Assembly: GCA_958295675.1 (NCBI GenBank)
Contig: OY282360.1
Coordinates: 658,026 to 722,025 of the forward strand
DNA length: 64,000 nucleotides
Direction: 5' to 3'
Source of the DNA: Minisyncoccota bacterium
GTDB lineage: Bacteria > Patescibacteriota > Minisyncoccia > Phycocordibacterales > JABAAK01
Shown: one piece after another, positions 58,203 to 64,000 of the stretch
How the letters are laid out: every line of letters begins with the position of its first letter
Position numbering within the stretch: the stretch's first letter is position 1
Notes under the pieces: generated by a model
What the model saw: the letters and a program-made list of their open reading frames with translations, nothing else
The model's database searches: none
Told to the model about the DNA's origin: nothing
Program-made: the position numbers and the translations under genes

Positions 58203-58302
58203 TTATCGCAAATCCTTCAGTTTCGCCCGCAATATCGCAACTTCAAACGGCTTATCCGAAGATTTAATTTTTTCCTCAAGCGCGCTGATAAGGTGCCGAC
58301 GC
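58203..58302. repeat. About 100 bp direct repeat (copy B), the 3' end of the helicase gene
   Basis: See copy A. Confidence 0.7.
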
Positions 58303-61300
58303 GCCGTTTTCTTGCGTTCCGGATTCCCTGCGCTCTCGAATTCATTCTCTAAATCATCAATACTCATAGCGACAAAATAAGAATCGTCCGGAACACCACG
58401 CTCTCGGCGTTCAATCTCCTCCTCTGAATAGAAAATCTCATAATCATCAACCCACACTTCATCCGCTATACCGTCGTCCCAGACCAAACTATCATCGCCC
58501 AAAATCATATTCTCTCTGTCATCCGCGAATAAAACTGCACCACTTCTGTCAACAAGAATTTGGGCGATGATATATTCATAACCAGAACCAGATTTTTTGG
58601 CGGAAACATTAGAAACAAGAACCTGATTTTTGTCTGAAAAATTAATGCGCTTAAGCACATTTGATGGAACGGACACACCGCCGCGCCGTACACTTTCAAC
58701 ATCTGAAGGGATACCGAGTTCAGATTCTTTCAATAGGTCACCGTACATAACCTTGTTGATTAATGCATCCGAATCCCTGCACGCCGCTTCTTTTTCTTCA
58801 ATAGCATCAGCAATATCAGATGCGCGCTCGATGCTTGTCTCCGCCGCCTTCAATAGAGGCACATTAAGTTTACGCTCAGCATCTTGCACACTACCCCAAA
58901 GCATCTCCACCTGCTCCGGACTGACAACATTAAGGCGCGGAGGTCGGACTCGCCTATCAAGTGCAAAATCTCTCAATTTTTTAACTTTCTTTCTGATTGA
59001 ATCGCGAAGTCGTTCACTCTCTTCTTGTTGTGCCACATTGTCACGAAGTTCTTTGATGCGCTGAAGAGTTTCGGCATTTTCTTTTTTCGCTTCATTTTCT
59101 TCACGGTAATAGCGAATACTATATTGGATACCGCCCCATCCTACAACACGGGCCGGATGTGCGGTTAACGGATCACCGGTAACACCATCATTGCCGTACA
59201 CAATAGGATTGGGCAGTGACAGGTCTGATGTCAGAGGATCAAACCTGTGTTGCTGCCGTTCATATCTATCCTGATTATTTAATTTCCATTTTTCCCATAC
59301 AACAGTATTCAAACGATTCCGTACATCCTGTTTGAGAGATTCAATATCATTAAATTTGTTCTCAGAAAACGCATCCTGCAGTTGAACATACACCTTACGA
59401 CCAGACGGCAAAGAGGGGATATCACCAAGCTTCAAAATATCTTTATTCCGCATCTCTATCTTTGCATAGTAACCGTCATGAGGATCAGTGATGTACTGCA
59501 CACGATACATCTTTCCACCGACAGTAATCGTATTAGGATTCTCTTTATATATCGCGCGCTGTGTATCCCGTGATATGAAATCTTCAAGAGAGAAAGATAG
59601 ACTAATACCATGACGCTTCAAATCACGCATGGAAGACGCATTACCTGCGTGTGTGAGTCCCAAGGAATATAGATCACGCAAACAATCTTTGGAAAATGAT
59701 CCTGAAAACATCTGGTTCTCCTGAATATCACTGCCATTGCGGGCACGCAGCACATTGTACCGATCCATGACCTGCTGGTTGTTCCTGGTAAAATCAGCAA
59801 AATTCGGATGCTGTACAAGCCATTCACTGAATGCACGCACGGCATCCGGATTGGAATCTACTTTTTCAACACTAGGCGGCAGATCATCTTGAAACTGTAC
59901 ATCTTTTATACGCTGAACGGTATGCCTGTACACACCATCTTTTTGTGGATCATATTCCAAAGAATCGTGAGATGTTTCAAGCAATTGGGGAGCGATTTCC
60001 GAAATCCATTCCTGCTTCACACGCTGAACAGGCGAAAGCCATGTCTTTGGTCCGCGTTTCGTGTCAGTGGTGAATATCTCACCGGCAACACACAAATCAG
60101 GCACGGTCCGGTAAACCGAAGACGACGGATGAATAAACATGTACATTCCGTGAGAAAAACCGGCGGGATCAGGGCGCACAAAACCATAACTAAAGCGACT
60201 ATTTTTTCGCACAAAGTTTGAAACGAGACCGGCAAAAACGGATTTGCCAACGGCTTCCGGATCATCGGAGTGCGCTTCATAGTTCCGTCCGTTTCTGAGA
60301 ACGCGGAGCATCTGCATTCTGGTCTGACGCACACGGTCAAGCGCCTGAGCGTTGAGAAAGTTTTCTCTTGCCCACTGATACCGACCGCCATTCAGATTTT
60401 TGTACTCCTTCCAAATGTTCATAAATGTTACAAAATCAGAAGAATCATCCTGAAATCGAAGATGTGCTCGATCCGCTTCATCCTCCTTTCCTCTGGGACG
60501 CACAAACAATTTCCGGCGTTCATCAAAAAAAGCAGCGATGGTTACAATATCACCGACACAGCCGCGATCAAGACCCTCAACAACCATTCGGGCAATTCTC
60601 GGCTCAAGCGGCAGGTCTGCCATCGTCTCACCGACAGAAGTAATGGCTTCCTGTTCGTCAAGAGCGCCTAACATTTTCAATTCCTGAACAGCGGCATCAA
60701 TGTTCTCCAGATCCGGTTTGTCAATAAAATCAAAGGAACGCACATTATCAATGCCGGATTTTTTCATAATCAGGACAAGATTGGCGAGGTTCGTCCGCTG
60801 AATTTCCGGCTTTGAATACGCCGGTCGTTCTTCAAAGCTTTCTCTGGTGTAGAGTGCATGGTACACACCGTCTGTCACGCGACCGGCGCGCCCGCGCCGC
60901 TGCCTCAAACCGGCCTGCGAATGCTCTTTTGTTTCCAATTTTCTGATGTGCATCTTCGGATCAAAATCAGTTTCTTTGATGAGTCCGGAATCAACCACAT
61001 GCCGTATACCGTCAACAGTCACTCCTGCTTCGGCTATGTTTGTGGAGACGATGATACGCCGTGTGTCACCTCGCTTGGTTATCACCCGCTTCTGCTCTTC
61101 CTTGGAAACAGACGCGTGCAGCTCCAATATCTCACACCGATTGGTAATGTCTGAGTCACTCAGACACTGAATGGTGCCTTTTATTTCCTCACGACCGGGC
61201 ATAAAAACAAGTATGTCGCCCGGCTCTCCGGACGTAACAATCTCTTCACATTTTTCAGCAGCAGCAGAAACATAGTCGTTGGCAATTGTCTCCGCATAAT

Positions 61301-62024
61301 GCTCTTCAACAGGAAACATCTTGCCTTCTATCTCCTTCATTGCCTCAGTACCGAAGTATTCGGCAAATTTCTCCTTCTCAATAGTTGCCGAGGAAATCAC
61401 AACTTTCAATGGCGGGTGTCCCTGTTCTTTCCGCAGCTTCTGCGCCTGTTTAAGCAGACCCATAACAAGATCAATATTCAAACTCCGCTCATGCGCTTCA
61501 TCAACCATAACGGCATCATAGTTTTTCAGAAGCGGATCATTGACAATTTTCCGCAGCATAATACCGTCAGTCATAAAATTCAAATTGGTATTGCGGTCAG
61601 TACGGTCGTCAAAACGAACCTGGTATCCGACTTCCCGATTCATAGAATAACCATTCAGGTCAGCAACATATTCAGGGACGGAAACGGCGATATTTACCCG
61701 AGGCACGGTGACGGCAATGCGCGAATCAGGACCGAGTGTTTTAAAAAGAAAATCCGGACCGCGTGTGGTTTTCCCGGCACCGGTGTGCGCCACTAACACT
61801 GACGATTCATGATTGGAAAAAAATTCCATCACTTCATCTCTGCGCCTGTCCATCGGCGTAACCTGATCGGGAGAAAGTTCCTGTTTCCTGTGAGACCGCT
61901 CTGGTGTTTGCTCCCTCTCGGAAGCCGGTTTGGAAAACTGCTCTGATGTTTGTTCCTTCTTGGGAAATGGTTTGGTTATTTCATCCAACCTTCCGAATAC
62001 TAATTTTCTTCTCCCACTTTTCAT
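58203..62024 (-). CDS. hrpA: HrpA-like DEAH-box ATP-dependent helicase with a long C-terminal extension
   Basis: AHTGAGKTT, MVDEAHERS, SATIEKEKF, QRRGRAGR. Confidence 0.8.
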   Translation of the reverse strand: MKSGRRKLVFGRLDEITKPFPKKEQTSEQFSKPASEREQTPERSHRKQELSPDQVTPMDRRRDEVMEFFSNHESSVLVAHTGAGKTTRGPDFLFKTLGPDSRIAVTVPRVNIAVSVPEYVADLNGYSMNREVGYQVRFDDRTDRNTNLNFMTDGIMLRKIVNDPLLKNYDAVMVDEAHERSLNIDLVMGLLKQAQKLRKEQGHPPLKVVISSATIEKEKFAEYFGTEAMKEIEGKMFPVEEHYAETIANDYVSAAAEKCEEIVTSGEPGDILVFMPGREEIKGTIQCLSDSDITNRCEILELHASVSKEEQKRVITKRGDTRRIIVSTNIAEAGVTVDGIRHVVDSGLIKETDFDPKMHIRKLETKEHSQAGLRQRRGRAGRVTDGVYHALYTRESFEERPAYSKPEIQRTNLANLVLIMKKSGIDNVRSFDFIDKPDLENIDAAVQELKMLGALDEQEAITSVGETMADLPLEPRIARMVVEGLDRGCVGDIVTIAAFFDERRKLFVRPRGKEDEADRAHLRFQDDSSDFVTFMNIWKEYKNLNGGRYQWARENFLNAQALDRVRQTRMQMLRVLRNGRNYEAHSDDPEAVGKSVFAGLVSNFVRKNSRFSYGFVRPDPAGFSHGMYMFIHPSSSVYRTVPDLCVAGEIFTTDTKRGPKTWLSPVQRVKQEWISEIAPQLLETSHDSLEYDPQKDGVYRHTVQRIKDVQFQDDLPPSVEKVDSNPDAVRAFSEWLVQHPNFADFTRNNQQVMDRYNVLRARNGSDIQENQMFSGSFSKDCLRDLYSLGLTHAGNASSMRDLKRHGISLSFSLEDFISRDTQRAIYKENPNTITVGGKMYRVQYITDPHDGYYAKIEMRNKDILKLGDIPSLPSGRKVYVQLQDAFSENKFNDIESLKQDVRNRLNTVVWEKWKLNNQDRYERQQHRFDPLTSDLSLPNPIVYGNDGVTGDPLTAHPARVVGWGGIQYSIRYYREENEAKKENAETLQRIKELRDNVAQQEESERLRDSIRKKVKKLRDFALDRRVRPPRLNVVSPEQVEMLWGSVQDAERKLNVPLLKAAETSIERASDIADAIEEKEAACRDSDALINKVMYGDLLKESELGIPSDVESVRRGGVSVPSNVLKRINFSDKNQVLVSNVSAKKSGSGYEYIIAQILVDRSGAVLFADDRENMILGDDSLVWDDGIADEVWVDDYEIFYSEEEIERRERGVPDDSYFVAMSIDDLENEFESAGNPERKKTARRHLISALEEKIKSSDKPFEVAILRAKLKDLR

Positions 62025-62683
62025 ATGCTAAAAACCTGTATTGTATCCTTGCCAATACCCTCATACCGTAACTCATCAGCAGCTTCGCGCAGAAAAGCAG
62101 CTGAAAAGAAAGCCGGAATAAGCGGAATAGTGCCGGAAAGTGTAACAGAGTGCGCGGGTCGCAGTTGCGGAAGCAATGCGTCAAAAAACTTTTGCAGGTC
62201 GTCGGGTGAAAAGTGCTCATCAGAAGGAAAAATCTTCCCTAGATCCACGGAATACGGCGGCGCACCGGATACCCTCTGGGAAAAATCCTTTCCAGAATTG
62301 GGAAAAGCAAAATCAAGAATAACATTACTGTCGCGAATCACGGTGTCCCGAGAATATATAGGCGTCAAGAATATGTCTCCGGATTTTGATTCCATAACCA
62401 ATTCATCAGTAACGGCATGTATATCGCTGAACAGACGGAGTGTTGAGGCGATATGGCTGTTTGGAGAAAGACACACATGAGCACCCTGAAAATCAATAAG
62501 AAAATCCTGCACGGCATCCTGCCCGCCAAAATCAGGAGTAGTAATATCAGGCACCGTCACAGTCTCGTACTGAATAAAAGACGGCTTAACATGCGCAGAA
62601 ACTGGCATACAAAAGCAGTATACAGGGATAAACAAGCGCAATAGGAAAATATCAACACATGCCACAAAAACAGGTACTGACAA
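62021..62683 (-). CDS. Hypothetical protein (start probably an internal Met, MPVSAHVK)
   Basis: ORF with a 4-nt overlap onto the helicase start. Confidence 0.4.
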   Translation of the reverse strand: MSVPVFVACVDIFLLRLFIPVYCFCMPVSAHVKPSFIQYETVTVPDITTPDFGGQDAVQDFLIDFQGAHVCLSPNSHIASTLRLFSDIHAVTDELVMESKSGDIFLTPIYSRDTVIRDSNVILDFAFPNSGKDFSQRVSGAPPYSVDLGKIFPSDEHFSPDDLQKFFDALLPQLRPAHSVTLSGTIPLIPAFFSAAFLREAADELRYEGIGKDTIQVFSI

Positions 62684-62705
62684 AAAACCTTTTTATTCCT
62701 ACATC

Positions 62706-63404
62706 CTATTTTTTCTTCTTTACACACAAACAAAGTGTGCACAGGCAGAATCCCTTCTTTGTTTTCCGTGCGCCTATCTTCTTCTTTGCCGGCTCAAAGG
62801 TGCTTTTTGAGCATGAACGGAACGCACACCATGCGAAGAGAGCGATAACGAACGAAACATTCAGAACATACACAAAGTCAAAAGGTGGCACATCAAAATA
62901 TACGGGATCAAAAAAATCAATAAGGTAGAACACGAGCGCGAACAGGATATAGTACACCAAAAACAGTGATGTGATGACGCCGTAGAATAAACGAATATAC
63001 TTTCGCCATACGGTTGAGACAAGCACAAGCAGTAGTGCGATCAGCACAACAATAAGGGACTCAGCAAAACGGAATATATCGTACCGATCTGCCTCAGACA
63101 TACCCAATTCAGCAACACTTAAAAAGAGAGCGCTGAAACCGAGAAGTGCTATAAAAGCGGATCCGACAAAAACATAGTATTTCACATTTTGTGATCTGAA
63201 CACATCATACAAAAGAGGCACTGAAGCGACGATGGGAACAGCAACCATGCCGAACAGATAAAAAACAAGGTGTAGTGCGGTCATACCCGAGCCGTGCATC
63301 AGAAAAATACCTTCATACAAAAAATACAGGTTTGATAATACGAGAGTGGCGAGAACGACAGCGCTCACAAAACGAATAAAACAGAAACAGGTAATGTTTA
63401 CCAT
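62706..63404 (-). CDS. Polytopic membrane protein, hypothetical
   Basis: 232 aa, about 6 hydrophobic helices. Confidence 0.45.
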   Translation of the reverse strand: MVNITCFCFIRFVSAVVLATLVLSNLYFLYEGIFLMHGSGMTALHLVFYLFGMVAVPIVASVPLLYDVFRSQNVKYYVFVGSAFIALLGFSALFLSVAELGMSEADRYDIFRFAESLIVVLIALLLVLVSTVWRKYIRLFYGVITSLFLVYYILFALVFYLIDFFDPVYFDVPPFDFVYVLNVSFVIALFAWCAFRSCSKSTFEPAKKKIGARKTKKGFCLCTLCLCVKKKK

Positions 63405-63437
63405 ACACCCGTACTATACCACACCAAAACAATACTT

Positions 63438-63980
63438 TTAGTTATACAAATCGTATTCCCGCAATTCATTCCGAAGTGCGCGGTAATCAGGAAACGCCCT
63501 GCTGACGAGAGACCAAAACCTGTCCGAGTGATTAAGTTCTTTCAGGTGGCACAACTCGTGCACAATGATATAATCACGCAACCGTTCCGGCAAAAAAAGA
63601 ATACGATGGTTTAAGCTGATATTCTTCTTGGCTGTGCAGCTGCCCCAGCAGGTTTTCTGATTCCGTATGTACAACTTATTATATGAAAAACCGTACAGGT
63701 TGTTGTAGAAACAGAGGCGTTCCTCGGCAAGTGCGCGTGTTCGATCTCTGTGCCTCAAGTAATCCTCCCGGGAAGAAACCGGCAGCGGACGAAAGCCGAG
63801 ATTTTTGAAAAAATCAATTTGATTAACCACCCATACAGATTTCTCCCGTACAAACGAATCCAACACCGATTGAGGAACACTGATCGGTCCGACCACAACC
63901 ACACTGCCGTCACGATGCACATCAATGTGCACCCGTTTCGTTCTTTTACTTCTGCGTACGGTGTATGAAAAATTGCTCAT
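63438..63980 (-). CDS. YgjP/DUF45-family zinc-dependent hydrolase (WLM/SprT-like HExxH)
   Basis: IIVHELCHLKELNHSDRFW. Confidence 0.7.
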   Translation of the reverse strand: MSNFSYTVRRSKRTKRVHIDVHRDGSVVVVGPISVPQSVLDSFVREKSVWVVNQIDFFKNLGFRPLPVSSREDYLRHRDRTRALAEERLCFYNNLYGFSYNKLYIRNQKTCWGSCTAKKNISLNHRILFLPERLRDYIIVHELCHLKELNHSDRFWSLVSRAFPDYRALRNELREYDLYN

Positions 63981-64000
63981 AGCGCACCATGGAAATCGTT

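Noticed and set aside
1-64000. CRISPR arrays or cas genes
   Set aside because: No regularly spaced short direct repeats and no Cas-like ORFs were seen.

Overview
The window is a bacterial chromosomal segment. GC is moderate in the core genes, with several clearly AT-rich blocks and one GC-rich block. The core is housekeeping: leuS, rplJ-rplL, ftsK, recA, efp, the rpsF-ssb-rpsR operon, ileS, pyrG, ruvX, recG, dcd-ung, ftsH, smpB with an adjacent tmRNA (ssrA), dapB, an HrpA-like DEAH helicase, and a TAXI-type TRAP transporter. It also carries four tRNAs (Ser-GGA, Ile-UAU, Arg-UCU, Arg-CCG), several intrinsic terminators and promoters, and large acidic secreted or surface proteins.

Between the housekeeping blocks sit at least four AT-rich accessory islets. 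Each abuts a tRNA or tmRNA gene and carries a restriction-modification module:
- 25.9-27.4 kb: a Type II methyltransferase with an HNH restriction enzyme, next to tRNA-Ser.
- 34-41.1 kb: a Panacea-domain protein and a tightly overlapped four-gene Type III operon (hypothetical gene, MerR-HTH::Mod fusion, HEPN-like/DnaA-C-like HTH protein, Res), next to tRNA-Ile(UAU).
- 45.7-49.4 kb: a Type II methyltransferase with a PD-ExK restriction enzyme and an HNH-like protein, immediately after the tmRNA.
- 53.2-56.5 kb: an S24 (LexA-like) peptidase::DNA methyltransferase fusion, a convergent partner, and a HEPN-like protein, after two tRNA-Arg genes.

Other unusual items:
- An IleRS carrying a roughly 200 aa histidine-phosphatase (PGAM-like) domain insertion.
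- Two tandem paralogous small-RNA-like units downstream of leuS; one is interrupted by a roughly 320 nt GC-rich structured element.
- A roughly 100 bp direct repeat encoding a shared C-terminal 31 aa module. It brackets a GC-rich dapB plus truncated polyprenyl-synthase insertion at the 3' end of the helicase gene.

All calls rest on reading the translated ORFs and the raw sequence by eye. No database search was run.
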